Below, piece by piece: positions 10,378-20,065 of a DNA stretch of 64,000 nt. The stretch is from Synergistota bacterium (lineage in GTDB: Bacteria; Synergistota; Synergistia; Synergistales; 79-D21): positions 120 through 64,119 of the forward strand of contig JALHIN010000008.1 of NCBI GenBank assembly GCA_022839995.1, written 5' to 3'. The position numbers and the translations under genes are program-made. Each line of letters opens with the position of its first letter. The first letter of the stretch is position 1. A model generated the notes under the pieces. It ran no database searches. It saw only the letters and a program-made list of their open reading frames with translations, and was not told the DNA's origin.

Positions 10378-11031
10378 ATGCGCCTCATCTTTTTGGGCCC
10401 CCCGGGATCCGGGAAAGGAACCCAGGCTGCAAAACTGATCGAGAAAGTCCAAGTGGCGCACATTTCCACGGGAGACATCCTTCGGGAAAACGTGAAATTG
10501 GGAACGGCCCTCGGCATGAAAGCGAAAGAATTCATGGATGCCGGGAAACTCGTTCCGGATGACCTGATCATCGAAATGATGAAACGGCGGCTTCAGGACG
10601 GGGATTGTGCGAGGGGGTTTATCCTCGATGGTTTCCCCAGGACTGTCCCCCAGGCCGAAGCCCTGGAAAAGATGCTGAACGAACTTGGATTGAAGCTGGA
10701 TGCGGTAATCCTCTTCAAGGTCTCAGACGAGGTCGTGGTGGAGCGCCTTTCTGGACGCAGGGGCTGCCGGAATTGTGGGGCCATCTATCACATCCGGTTC
10801 AAGCCCAGCTCTCGGGGAGATTCCTGCCAGATTTGCGGAGGCGACCTGGTTCAAAGGGAAGATGACCGCGAAGAAGTGATCCGAAAACGGCTGGAGGTCT
10901 ACCATTCCCAGACCGCGCCGCTCGTGGGCTTCTACAGGGAAAAGGGAATGCTTCTCGAAGTGGATGCCGGCAAGTCCAGCGACGAAGTCCTGAAAACCAT
11001 TCTGGACGCCCCCTGGGGAAGGTCAGAATGA
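10378..11031 (+). CDS. adk: adenylate kinase (zinc-lid form)
   Basis: MRLIFLGPPGSGKGTQA P-loop. LID carries CRNCG...CQICGG. ATG 10378 preferred over track start 10363. Confidence 0.96.
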   Translation: MRLIFLGPPGSGKGTQAAKLIEKVQVAHISTGDILRENVKLGTALGMKAKEFMDAGKLVPDDLIIEMMKRRLQDGDCARGFILDGFPRTVPQAEALEKMLNELGLKLDAVILFKVSDEVVVERLSGRRGCRNCGAIYHIRFKPSSRGDSCQICGGDLVQREDDREEVIRKRLEVYHSQTAPLVGFYREKGMLLEVDAGKSSDEVLKTILDAPWGRSE

Positions 11032-11801
11032 TCACCTTGAAAACCGAAGAGCAACTAGTCCTGATGCGCAGGGCAGGCCAAATCGTGGCGGACACCCTTC
11101 GGCTCCTACGGGATAAAGTCAAGCCGGGAGTGGACACCTACACCCTTGACGAGCTTGCCTACGACACCGTGGTCAAAAGAGGCGCGCGCCCGGCTTTCAA
11201 GGGATATCGCGTACCCGGGATCCGCAGGGCGTTCCCGGGCACGCTTTGCATCTCCGTCAACGACGAAGTCGTTCATGGGATTCCGGACAGGAATCGTCGG
11301 CTGGAGGAAGGGGATATCGTCAGCTTTGACATGGGCGTCGAGTTTGGTGGATACTACGGAGATGCCGCCTGCACTTACGGCGTGGGGAAAGTTTCAGACA
11401 CACGCCGGAAATTGATGGAACATGCGCTCGAGTCGCTTCACCGCGCGATATCGGTTGTTCGCGACGGGGCAACCGTCGGAGACATCGGACATGCGGTGGA
11501 GAGCTACATCCTTTCCAAGGGCTACGGCTTGGTGCGGACGTATGCGGGGCACGGAATAGGAAGAAAGCTTCACGAGGCTCCCCAGATCCCGAATTTCGGA
11601 CGGCCGGGGAGCGGGGTTACCCTCAAAAAGGGGATGACCATCGCGATCGAACCCATGGTGATGACAGGCGGAGAAGAAGTCGTCACGGGGAAAGACGGCT
11701 GGACAGTCCTGACGGCCGATCATTCCGATGCGGCTCATTTTGAGCACACGGTCCTGGTTTGTGAAAGCGGGTCGGAGATCCTCACGCCATGGGAGAGTTG
11801 A
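11028..11801 (+). CDS. map: type I methionine aminopeptidase
   Basis: 257 aa, VVHGIPD...DMGVEFGGYYGD...GHGIG...EPMV metal-ligand motifs; ATGA overlap with adk. Confidence 0.95.
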   Translation: MITLKTEEQLVLMRRAGQIVADTLRLLRDKVKPGVDTYTLDELAYDTVVKRGARPAFKGYRVPGIRRAFPGTLCISVNDEVVHGIPDRNRRLEEGDIVSFDMGVEFGGYYGDAACTYGVGKVSDTRRKLMEHALESLHRAISVVRDGATVGDIGHAVESYILSKGYGLVRTYAGHGIGRKLHEAPQIPNFGRPGSGVTLKKGMTIAIEPMVMTGGEEVVTGKDGWTVLTADHSDAAHFEHTVLVCESGSEILTPWES

Positions 11802-11889
11802 TCTTCTTGACCGGAGAGGAAAGGGACACGATGGGAAGGATTGCCGCTTCCGGGCAAGGATTCCGTAGCGAGGAGGTCGATTGATCCGC

Positions 11890-12108
11890 ATGGCGAAGGA
11901 TGACGTGATCGAAGTCAAAGGCAGGGTCGTTGAACCGCTCCCGAATGCCATGTTTCGGGTGGAGCTGGAAAATGGGCATCGAATCCTTGCCCATGTTTCG
12001 GGAAAGATGAGGATGCATTTTATTCGCATCCTGCCGGGCGATCAGGTGTTGATCCAGCTTTCCACCTATGACTTGACACGGGGTCGGATCGTGTATAGAT
12101 ATAAATGA
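11890..12108 (+). CDS. infA: translation initiation factor IF-1
   Basis: [41 protein letters not shown] canonical IF-1; ATG 11890 within track ORF 11881. Confidence 0.97.
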   Translation: MAKDDVIEVKGRVVEPLPNAMFRVELENGHRILAHVSGKMRMHFIRILPGDQVLIQLSTYDLTRGRIVYRYK

Positions 12109-12175
12109 TCGCGATAAACCCCTTCCCGTATTAAGAGGGATTGAATCGTTGAGAATGGAATGGGAGTGTGAGGAA

Positions 12176-12304
12176 ATGAAGGTCAAGCCTTCGGTGAAAC
12201 CGATTTGCGAACATTGCTCAGTGATCAAAAGGCACGGCGTTGTGCGCGTGATCTGCAGCAAGAACCCGCGGCACAAGCAAAGCCAGGGACCAAGGAGGCC
12301 ATAG
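12176..12304 (+). CDS. rpmJ: 50S ribosomal protein L36 (42 aa, zinc form, 4-5 aa longer than usual)
   Basis: Not in the ORF track because it is under 60 aa. My translation is [42 protein letters not shown], stop TAG 12302-12304. Lies between infA and rpsM. Confidence 0.93.
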   Translation: MKVKPSVKPICEHCSVIKRHGVVRVICSKNPRHKQSQGPRRP

Positions 12305-12308
12305 GACG

Positions 12309-12692
12309 ATGGCGCGTATTGCTGGAGTGGACTTGCCCCGGGAAAAGCGGGTAGAAGTTGCCCTGACCTATATTTATGGAATCGGGCCTGCGAAATCAAA
12401 GGAGATCCTTGCCGCGACGGGCGTGAATCCGGATACGAGGGTGAAAGATTTGACGGACGACGAATCGAAGCGCCTTCGATCTGAAATCGAGTCCAATTAC
12501 AGGGTAGAAGGGGATCTCCGCCGGGAAGTCGCGATGAACATCAAGCGGCTGATGGATATTGGCTGCTACAGGGGCCTCCGGCACAAGCGAGGCTTGCCGG
12601 TTCGGGGACAGAGGACGAAGACGAATGCGCGGACCCGCAAGGGACCGAAGAAGACGATCGCCGGCAAGAAAAAGGCGACGATGAAGAAGTAG
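12309..12692 (+). CDS. rpsM: 30S ribosomal protein S13
   Basis: [26 protein letters not shown] canonical uS13. Confidence 0.97.
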   Translation: MARIAGVDLPREKRVEVALTYIYGIGPAKSKEILAATGVNPDTRVKDLTDDESKRLRSEIESNYRVEGDLRREVAMNIKRLMDIGCYRGLRHKRGLPVRGQRTKTNARTRKGPKKTIAGKKKATMKK

Positions 12693-12714
12693 CACGGCGA
12701 GGAGGTCGACCCAA

Positions 12715-13107
12715 TTGGCAAAGCGGGTTCAGAGAAAAGGGAAACGCAAGGAAAAGAAGCATGTCAGCTATGGAGTGGCTCACATCCATTCCACGTTTAA
12801 CAACACGATCGTAAACATTACGGACAAGCAGGGGAATGTCCTTTCCTGGGCTTCGGGCGGCAACGTTGGGTTCAAGGGGGCCAGGAAATCGACCCCGTTC
12901 GCTGCGCAGATCGCGGCTTCCCAGGCGGCGAAGCTTGCGCAGGATCACGGGTTGATGGAAATCGACGTCGTCGTTCAGGGGCCTGGACCGGGCCGAGAAT
13001 CGGCAATCCGTTCCCTTCAGGCAGCCGGTCTCCAGGTTCGACTGATCAAGGACGAAACGCCGATCCCGCACAATGGCTGCCGTCCCCCGAAGCGGCGACG
13101 CGTATAG
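12715..13107 (+). CDS. rpsK: 30S ribosomal protein S11
   Basis: [30 protein letters not shown] canonical uS11; TTG start. Confidence 0.97.
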   Translation: MAKRVQRKGKRKEKKHVSYGVAHIHSTFNNTIVNITDKQGNVLSWASGGNVGFKGARKSTPFAAQIAASQAAKLAQDHGLMEIDVVVQGPGPGRESAIRSLQAAGLQVRLIKDETPIPHNGCRPPKRRRV

Positions 13108-13140
13108 CGAAGAAGAAGGTAAGGAGGGAACCAACACCCT

Positions 13141-13773
13141 ATGAGCAGATATGTCGGACCAGCCTGCAGGCAATGTAGAGCTGAAGGAGTCAAGCTTTTT
13201 CTCAAGGGCGATCGCTGCTACACCGAAAAATGCGCGATCGTGAAGCGCAACAAAAAACCCGGGCAGCACGGCGACAGCAAGCGCCACGCCAAGCTGAGCG
13301 AATACGGACTGCGTCTGCGGGAGAAGCAGAAGCTCCGCCGCTACTATGGGATGCACGAAGCCCAGTTCCGCCGTTTCTATGACATGGCGACGAAGATGGG
13401 GGGACAGGCCGGGCATAACTTCCTGCAGCTTCTCGAGAGGCGGCTTGACAACGTAGTCTACCGTACCGGGTTCGCCGTGAGCAGGAGGCAGGCGCGGCAA
13501 CTTGTCTGCCATGGCCATTTCGAGGTGAACGGGAAGAAAATTGATATTCCAAGCTACCTGGTCAAGGCCGGGGACGTGATCACCGTCCGGGAATCCAGCC
13601 GGGATATCGGGTACATCAAGGAAAACGCGGAGGTCGCGGGGAGTCGCTCCGTACCTGCGTGGCTTGAAGTGAGCGGGGAAACCCTGAGCGCAAGGATTGT
13701 CGCCCTCCCCATCCGTGATCAGATCGACTCGCCTGTCAACGAGCAGCTGGTCGTCGAGTTCTATGCCCGCTAA
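13141..13773 (+). CDS. rpsD: 30S ribosomal protein S4 (Cys-cluster form)
   Basis: [31 protein letters not shown]... canonical uS4 with four N-terminal Cys. Confidence 0.97.
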   Translation: MSRYVGPACRQCRAEGVKLFLKGDRCYTEKCAIVKRNKKPGQHGDSKRHAKLSEYGLRLREKQKLRRYYGMHEAQFRRFYDMATKMGGQAGHNFLQLLERRLDNVVYRTGFAVSRRQARQLVCHGHFEVNGKKIDIPSYLVKAGDVITVRESSRDIGYIKENAEVAGSRSVPAWLEVSGETLSARIVALPIRDQIDSPVNEQLVVEFYAR

Positions 13774-13795
13774 AGGGTAGAAAGGTGGGGGGAGG

Positions 13796-14812
13796 ATGGA
13801 TCCCATGCGACCGGAGATCAAACTGGAGGAGGGTACCCCCCGATTTGGCCGGATCGTCGTCGAGCCTCTGGAAAGGGGGTATGGCGTCACTCTCGGGAAT
13901 GCGCTGAGGAGGGTCCTCCTGTCGTCCATTAAAGGGGCCGCGATCACCGCGGTTCGGATCGAAGGAGTGCTCCACGAATACAGTACGGTCCCTGGGCTGA
14001 AGGAAGATGTCCTCGGCCTGATGATCAACCTAAAGCATATCCCGCTTCGATGCCATAGCCCGGAGGCCCGTATCCTCCATCTTGAAGTTGAAGGACCAAA
14101 GGAGATCACTGCAGCGGACATCCAGCCGGACAGCGAAGTCGAATTCGTCGATCCCTCCAGCGTCATCGGGACGCTTGAGAAGGGACACAGGCTCGTGATG
14201 GATCTTTACGTGGAACAGGGAATGGGATATGCCACGACGGATCGTCCCAGACCCTCGTATTTGCCGATCGACGCGTTGATGGTGGATGCCATTTTTTCTC
14301 CGATCCAGCGCGTGAAATACGAGGTCCAGAATGCCCGTGTCGGCCAGAGAACCGATTATGATCGCCTTGTCCTCGAAGTCTGGACCAACGGGGTCGTTTC
14401 GGTCCCAGACGCGGTAAGCGAGGCCTCCAATATCCTCAAGGGATATTTTGCCCTTTTTGCCGAGGAGGTCCGCCTTCCGGAGGGGGAAAGCCAGGTGCGG
14501 ACGGGGCAGGAAGACCTGCAGCGGCATGAGGATGCATCCCATTCGGAAGACAGGGCGGCTGCCCTGGCGGAGGGAGATTCGATTCTGTCGAGACCGATCA
14601 AGGACCTGGAATTGTCGGTACGAAGTGAAAACTGCCTTTTGAGGGGCGGGGTTCATACGATCGGCGACTTGGTGAGCAAAAGCCGATCCGAATTGATGAA
14701 GATACGCAATCTCGGCAAGATTTCCCTGCGGGAAATCGAAGAGAAGCTGGAGAGATTTTCGATTTCCCTGCCAGGTGATGAAGCTTCGGAAGAACCGTTG
14801 AAGGAGGACTAA
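13796..14812 (+). CDS. rpoA: DNA-directed RNA polymerase alpha subunit
   Basis: 338 aa, [30 protein letters not shown] and [10 protein letters not shown]...IGDL CTD motifs. Confidence 0.96.
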   Translation: MDPMRPEIKLEEGTPRFGRIVVEPLERGYGVTLGNALRRVLLSSIKGAAITAVRIEGVLHEYSTVPGLKEDVLGLMINLKHIPLRCHSPEARILHLEVEGPKEITAADIQPDSEVEFVDPSSVIGTLEKGHRLVMDLYVEQGMGYATTDRPRPSYLPIDALMVDAIFSPIQRVKYEVQNARVGQRTDYDRLVLEVWTNGVVSVPDAVSEASNILKGYFALFAEEVRLPEGESQVRTGQEDLQRHEDASHSEDRAAALAEGDSILSRPIKDLELSVRSENCLLRGGVHTIGDLVSKSRSELMKIRNLGKISLREIEEKLERFSISLPGDEASEEPLKED

Positions 14813-14816
14813 GTGC

Positions 14817-15170
14817 ATGAGGCATAGAGTCGATACCCGCAGGCTGGGCCGGTACACGAGCCACCGGCTTGCCATGCTGAGCAACATGGCGGCCAGCTTG
14901 ATCCTGGAAGAAAAGATCACGACGACGCTGCTCAAGGCGAAGGAGTTGCGCCGTGTTTCCGAGAAGCTGATCACGCGCGCCAAGGGGGGATCTCTCCAGG
15001 ATCGTCGGCTTGTCGCTGCACGGATGCACAACAAGGAAGCGGTCAAAAAACTCTTTGACGAAATCTCTCCGCGTTACGCGAATCGGCCCGGGGGATACAC
15101 TCGAATCGTCAAACTGGGTAACCGGACGGGCGATGCCGCCCCGATGGCCATCATCGAGCTGGTTCAGTAA
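14817..15170 (+). CDS. rplQ: 50S ribosomal protein L17
   Basis: [25 protein letters not shown] canonical bL17. Confidence 0.97.
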   Translation: MRHRVDTRRLGRYTSHRLAMLSNMAASLILEEKITTTLLKAKELRRVSEKLITRAKGGSLQDRRLVAARMHNKEAVKKLFDEISPRYANRPGGYTRIVKLGNRTGDAAPMAIIELVQ

Positions 15171-15173
15171 ACG

Positions 15174-16001
15174 ATGGAACCGGAGGCTGTGTGCGCGCTC
15201 CGGGACGTGAGCTTCACGTACCCGGGCGCGACCGCACCCGCGATCCAGAACGTGGATCTCACCATTCGCCGGGGGGAGTGGGTGGCCCTCATCGGGTCGA
15301 ACGGTTCCGGCAAATCCACGCTCGCAAAGCTGTTAAACGCCCTGCTGATTCCAACGCGGGGCGATTGTTTTTCCTGCGGGCTCAGGACCGACAGGGAGGA
15401 AAACCATTGGGCGATACGAAGTCGGGTATCGATGGTCTTCCAGAACCCGGACAACCAGATCGTCGCCTCGGTTGTCGAGGAGGATGTCGCTTTCGGCCCC
15501 GAAAATTTGGGGTATTCACCCGGAAGCATCCGCGAAATCGTCCGGGATTGCCTTTCGCAGGTCGGGCTGGAGGAGAAGAGAAGAGCACCGACGTACGCCC
15601 TCTCAGGAGGGCAGAAACAGCGGCTGGCGATTGCCGGGGCCCTTGCCATGAAACCGGAGTGCCTGGTCCTTGACGAGGCGACCGTAATGCTTGATCCCCA
15701 GGGAAGAGAAGACGTCCTAGAAATCTTGAGGAAGCTTCACGGCAGGGGGATGACCCTTGTTCAAATCACCCATCGCCTTGAAGAAATCCTGGATGCCACT
15801 CGCGTCGTCGTCCTGAAACAAGGGGCAATCGAATGGGAGGGAGATCTCCCGGAATTCTTTGAACAAGTGCCCCATTTCCCGGAGTGGGGCCTGGAGGTCC
15901 CACCGCTTGTTCGCCTGACAGGATTGCTGAAGAAGAGGGAAATCCTGCCTGCCTCTTGCCTCCCATCCGTGAAGGAGTTGCTGGAAAACCTATGTCCATA
16001 A
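15174..16001 (+). CDS. ecfA1: energy-coupling factor (ECF) transporter ATPase, first copy
   Basis: Walker A GSNGSGKST, LSGGQKQRLAIAGAL signature; directly after rplQ as in Bacillota. Confidence 0.9.
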   Translation: MEPEAVCALRDVSFTYPGATAPAIQNVDLTIRRGEWVALIGSNGSGKSTLAKLLNALLIPTRGDCFSCGLRTDREENHWAIRSRVSMVFQNPDNQIVASVVEEDVAFGPENLGYSPGSIREIVRDCLSQVGLEEKRRAPTYALSGGQKQRLAIAGALAMKPECLVLDEATVMLDPQGREDVLEILRKLHGRGMTLVQITHRLEEILDATRVVVLKQGAIEWEGDLPEFFEQVPHFPEWGLEVPPLVRLTGLLKKREILPASCLPSVKELLENLCP

Positions 16002-16834
16002 GGGTCGATTCACTCTGCCACGTCTACCACTCTGGAACTCCCCTGGAAACACAGGCCCTCTCCGGCGTGGACCTGCTTGTCGAAAGGGGAGAGTGGGTCG
16101 CTGTGGTAGGGCAAACCGGCAGCGGTAAATCCACGCTTGCCCAGCATCTCAATGCGCTGCTTCTCCCCTCTTCAGGGTGGGTGAAGGTCGATAACATCCC
16201 GACGACGGCGGGAGCCGCCGAACTGCGCGAAATACGGCGGAAAGTCGGCCTTGTCTTTCAATACCCGGAGCACCAGCTTTTCGCGGAATCCGTGCGGGAA
16301 GAGATGGCTTTTGGACCCAGGAACTGGAAGTTCCCGGAAGAAGAAATCGAGCGTTCGACATGGAAAGCACTGGACCTTTTGGGACTGTCCCAGGATCTTC
16401 TTGACCGGAGTCCCCTCCAGCTTTCCGGAGGTCAGAAACGGCGCCTCTGCATCGCTTCCGTCCTGGTTTCGAAACCGGATTACCTGGTCCTTGACGAACC
16501 GACTGCCGGACTTGACGCCAATGGGCGGAACGAACTCCTAAGGATCCTGAAGAAGCTTGTTGAAGAAGGACTTGGCGTGGTGCATGTCACCCACGATCTC
16601 GAGCTGGCATTGACGATGGCGGATCGGATCCTCGTTCTCGAAAAGGGGAAGGCCGTGTTCTGCGGCACCCCGGAGTCACTGCTGGATGAACTCCTGGAGA
16701 GACCCGTCAGGGGGCTTTGTCTCCCCCCGCTCCTGGAGTTTGTTTCGAGGCTGAGGAGTTACGGCTATTCGGTCCCCTACACCCTGGACTCAGAACTGCT
16801 GGCCGATTGCCTTGAAAGGGAGATCCGGTCTTGA
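15992..16834 (+). CDS. ecfA2: energy-coupling factor (ECF) transporter ATPase, second copy
   Basis: ATG 15992 (MSIRVDSLCHVY) inside track ORF 15884. GQTGSGKST, LSGGQKRRLCIASVL. Overlaps ecfA1 stop. Confidence 0.9.
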   Translation: MSIRVDSLCHVYHSGTPLETQALSGVDLLVERGEWVAVVGQTGSGKSTLAQHLNALLLPSSGWVKVDNIPTTAGAAELREIRRKVGLVFQYPEHQLFAESVREEMAFGPRNWKFPEEEIERSTWKALDLLGLSQDLLDRSPLQLSGGQKRRLCIASVLVSKPDYLVLDEPTAGLDANGRNELLRILKKLVEEGLGVVHVTHDLELALTMADRILVLEKGKAVFCGTPESLLDELLERPVRGLCLPPLLEFVSRLRSYGYSVPYTLDSELLADCLEREIRS

Positions 16835-17637
16835 AATTCCTCAACCACCTCACTCTAGGCCAATACGTTCCCGCAGATTCTCCCGTCCACCGCCTGGATC
16901 CTAGATGCAAGATCCTGTCCGTCGTCGTGCTTTTGGCAGGAATCTTCCTGATGGTTCACCCCGTTGCCTTTCTCGCTTGGGGAGGGTTGCTTCTAGTTTT
17001 AGCCCGGTTCTCCCGCGTCCCTTTCAGGGTCGTTCTCCAGGGAGCCCGCCCGGTTGTAATGCTGGTCATTTTTACGGCCGGCATTCACCTTTTCCTGACG
17101 AAAGGCGTCGTTCTCTGGGAATGGGGACCGGTTTCCGTGACCAGGGAGGGTGTCACTATGGCTCTCAGAATGGGTTTGAGGCTTTTCTTCCTGGTCCTTT
17201 TCGCGGGGTTCCTCACGTTGACGACGAGCCCCATGGAACTTTCCGACGGGTTGGAAAGCCTGTTCCGGCCTTTTCAACGATTCGGGTTTCCCGCTCACGA
17301 AATGGCGATGATGATGACCATCTCGCTCCGTTTCATCCCGACCCTGTTTGATGAAACAGACCGGATCCTTCGGGCCCAACTCGCACGGGGTGCGGATCTG
17401 GAACACGGCGGCCTGTTTCGGCGGCTGAAAGCCTTTATCCCCGTTCTCGTCCCTTTATTTGTCATCGTCTTTCAACGAGCAGAAGACCTAGCCTTGGCTA
17501 TGGAAGCCCGCTGCTACCAAGGCGGAAGCGGCAGGACTCGAATGAACCCGCTTGAGTGGAAGAAATCTGACACCTTCGCTATTGCGGGGGTGATCGGGAT
17601 TGTAGCATTCTTCGTCCTGCTGGATTTGAAAGGCTGA
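16831..17637 (+). CDS. ecfT: ECF transporter transmembrane component EcfT
   Basis: 268 aa polytopic protein; HRLDPRCKIL and ARGAD motifs typical of EcfT/CbiQ family; overlaps ecfA2 stop. Confidence 0.88.
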   Translation: MKFLNHLTLGQYVPADSPVHRLDPRCKILSVVVLLAGIFLMVHPVAFLAWGGLLLVLARFSRVPFRVVLQGARPVVMLVIFTAGIHLFLTKGVVLWEWGPVSVTREGVTMALRMGLRLFFLVLFAGFLTLTTSPMELSDGLESLFRPFQRFGFPAHEMAMMMTISLRFIPTLFDETDRILRAQLARGADLEHGGLFRRLKAFIPVLVPLFVIVFQRAEDLALAMEARCYQGGSGRTRMNPLEWKKSDTFAIAGVIGIVAFFVLLDLKG

Positions 17638-17640
17638 CCC

Positions 17641-18393
17641 ATGCGGTATGCGTTGGAGGTTGCCTATGACGGTCGGCCGTTCTCTGGTTGGCAGAAGCAG
17701 CCGGGCAGAAAGACGGTCCAGGGGACACTGGAAGATGCGCTTTCCCGGCTTGACGGCTCGAGGGTTCGTGTCGTGGGCGCCGGACGGACAGACGCAGGAG
17801 TTCATGCGAGGGGGCAGGTGGCTTCTTTCGATCTGTCCACAAGCTGGGAGATCAAAAGGCTCTTGAGGGCGGTCGAAAACAACGTGCCTCCTGAAATCGG
17901 AATCGTCCGGGCAGCGGCAGTTCCCGGCGGTTTTCATGCCAGGCACAGCGCGATTTGGAGAGAATACGCCTATTTCCTCTGGACGGCTTCCTATTGCTAC
18001 CCCCATGTTCGGCCCTTTGTCTGGAGAGTCAGGTCGAGCTGGGATTCGCCGGAGTTGGTCCAGGCTTGCAAGGCCCTTGAAGGGGAGCACGATTTTGCCT
18101 TTTTCTGTCCGCAGAGCGAGCGCCCCCCGGATTCCGTGAGGCGCGTTCTACGAGCAGAACTCGTTCGCAGGAAAAATTGGGTTGCGTTTCGGATCCGGGC
18201 GACGGGGTTCCTCTTCCACATGGTTCGAAACATTGTGGAAGATCTGAACCGTATCGCCGAAGGGAAGCTTTCCCTGGAAGCCTTCAGGCAAAACCTCACG
18301 GGAAAGGTCGAGCAGAACCCACGCTTCGGCATGGCGCCGTCCTCGGGGCTTTTTCTTTGGAAGATCGGCTATTCGCCCTCTCCCTGGGAGTGA
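17641..18393 (+). CDS. truA: tRNA pseudouridine(38-40) synthase
   Basis: MRYALEVAYDGRPFSGWQKQPG...GAGRTDAGVHARGQV canonical TruA with catalytic Asp motif. Confidence 0.95.
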   Translation: MRYALEVAYDGRPFSGWQKQPGRKTVQGTLEDALSRLDGSRVRVVGAGRTDAGVHARGQVASFDLSTSWEIKRLLRAVENNVPPEIGIVRAAAVPGGFHARHSAIWREYAYFLWTASYCYPHVRPFVWRVRSSWDSPELVQACKALEGEHDFAFFCPQSERPPDSVRRVLRAELVRRKNWVAFRIRATGFLFHMVRNIVEDLNRIAEGKLSLEAFRQNLTGKVEQNPRFGMAPSSGLFLWKIGYSPSPWE

Positions 18394-18448
18394 TACACTC
18401 TAGGGGGCCAGGATTTAAGAAAGAAGCGTCACAAGGGGGTTTTGGAAA

Positions 18449-19501
18449 TTGCTGGGAAAAGACATTGGAATTGACCTGGGGACGGCAACCGTTCTCATTT
18501 TCCTTAGAGGCAAGGGGGTCATCCTGAGAGAGCCTTCCGTCGTCGCCATCGACCAGAACAACGGGAAAGTCCTGGCCGTCGGGGAAGAAGCGAAGAGGAT
18601 GCTGGGCCGAACCCCGGGGCACGTTGTGGCAGTCCGTCCCCTCCGGGATGGTGTCATCGCCAACTACACGATGACGGAGGCCATGTTGAGACATTTCCTG
18701 AACAAAGTTTCCACCGCATTGAAGATGGGATCCCTTTTCCGGCACCGTGTCATGGTCTGTGTGCCTTCGGGAGCGACCGATGTCGAGAAAAGGGCGGTTC
18801 TGGAAGCGGCAATCGAAGTAGGGGCGAGGGAAGCCTTTCTGATCGAAGAGGCGATGGCCGCCGCGATCGGGGCGGGGCTTGAAGTCGGAGAGCCTCGAGG
18901 CAACATGGTCGTCGATATCGGTGGAGGCACGACGGACGTCGCGGTCATCTCCCTGGGCGGGGTCGTTGTGGCCGAATCGCTTCGAATCGGGGGAGATGAA
19001 TTCGACGAGGCGATCGCTCGTTTTATAAAGAGAGAATTCAACCTCGCCATTGGAGAGCAGACGGCAGAAACCCTCAAGATCCAGATCGGGACCTGCAAGG
19101 TCAAACCCCACGACGAAGAGGAAACCCTGATCATCAAAGGCAGAGACCTCATCCAGGGACTGCCAAGGCAGGTTGAAGTGACCAGTTCGATGGTTGCCCG
19201 GGCGATCGAGGAACCGGTCAACGCGATCATCGCCGGAATCCGGAGAATCCTTGAAATTACCCCTCCCGAATTATCCGCAGATATCATCGACAGGGGCATT
19301 TGGCTGACGGGAGGGGGAGCCCTTCTCAGAGACCTGGCGGAACGCGTTTCCGAAGAAACGGCGATGCCGTGTCACGTTGCCGAGTTCCCCCTCGAGTGCG
19401 TGGCTCTAGGAACGGGAAAAGCGTTGGAGTCCCTTGACCAGCTCAAGGCCTCGGGAGCCATCCTCTCCGTGATTCGCAAGGGGCTCCTGAAGGGACACTA
19501 G
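18449..19501 (+). CDS. mreB: rod shape-determining protein MreB
   Basis: GKDIGIDLGTATVLIF...VVDIGGGTTDVAVISLGG actin-fold motifs; TTG start. Confidence 0.94.
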   Translation: MLGKDIGIDLGTATVLIFLRGKGVILREPSVVAIDQNNGKVLAVGEEAKRMLGRTPGHVVAVRPLRDGVIANYTMTEAMLRHFLNKVSTALKMGSLFRHRVMVCVPSGATDVEKRAVLEAAIEVGAREAFLIEEAMAAAIGAGLEVGEPRGNMVVDIGGGTTDVAVISLGGVVVAESLRIGGDEFDEAIARFIKREFNLAIGEQTAETLKIQIGTCKVKPHDEEETLIIKGRDLIQGLPRQVEVTSSMVARAIEEPVNAIIAGIRRILEITPPELSADIIDRGIWLTGGGALLRDLAERVSEETAMPCHVAEFPLECVALGTGKALESLDQLKASGAILSVIRKGLLKGH

Positions 19502-19538
19502 AGCCCCATAGGGTCCGCCGGACGGCGGGTAGTGACGG

Positions 19539-19967
19539 ATGACTGAACCGATGGATAGGAAGGGTTTATTGTTTTCCTGCCTGCAATGCGGCCGATGCTG
19601 TAGGAGAGCTGGAATCGTCTTCCTGACCAGGGGGGAAATGGAGAGGATTACGACAGCCCTGGGGCTAACCTTCGAAGAGGGAGTAAGGCGCTATGGGATC
19701 GTCGAGGAAGGGCGTTTGACTCTCAAGGATGGCTCGCGCGGGGAATGCATCTTTTACGATTGGGATACTGCGCGTTGCCGGATATACCCTGTTCGGCCCG
19801 ATCAATGCCGGGTTTATCCGTTTTGGCCCTCCATCCTGGAGAGCCCCGAAAAATGGGAGGAAGAGGGGAAAATGTGTCCAGGGATCCGCTCTGTGCAGAG
19901 ACCTGTCCCGGATTTTACTCCGCGGATTCAAGGGGAAAAGGTGGAAAAGAAACCCCGAAAAAAATAA
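19539..19967 (+). CDS. YkgJ-family cysteine-cluster protein (CxxCxxCC, putative Zn/Fe-chelating domain)
   Basis: CLQCGRCCRR near the N-terminus plus later Cys residues; size and pattern fit the UPF0153/YkgJ family. Confidence 0.7.
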   Translation: MTEPMDRKGLLFSCLQCGRCCRRAGIVFLTRGEMERITTALGLTFEEGVRRYGIVEEGRLTLKDGSRGECIFYDWDTARCRIYPVRPDQCRVYPFWPSILESPEKWEEEGKMCPGIRSVQRPVPDFTPRIQGEKVEKKPRKK

Positions 19968-19971
19968 CCCG

Positions 19972-20049
19972 AATCCCTAGACGGGTTTACAGTGGTTGTG
20001 ATAACATAAACAAGCGGAGTTGGATGGTAAATTCCCCAAAAATCCCTAG
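19972..20049. repeat. pair of 9-nt direct repeats AATCCCTAG upstream of lat
   Basis: Copies at 19972-19980 and 20041-20049, read directly from the sequence. The second sits just before the lat SD AAGGAGGA. Confidence 0.5.
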
Positions 20050-20065
20050 CAAGGAGGAAGACGGA

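Noticed and set aside
12541-14166. 541-aa minus-strand ORF antisense to rpsM-rpsK-rpsD-rpoA
   Set aside because: Shadow ORF of conserved genes for the same reason; no motifs.
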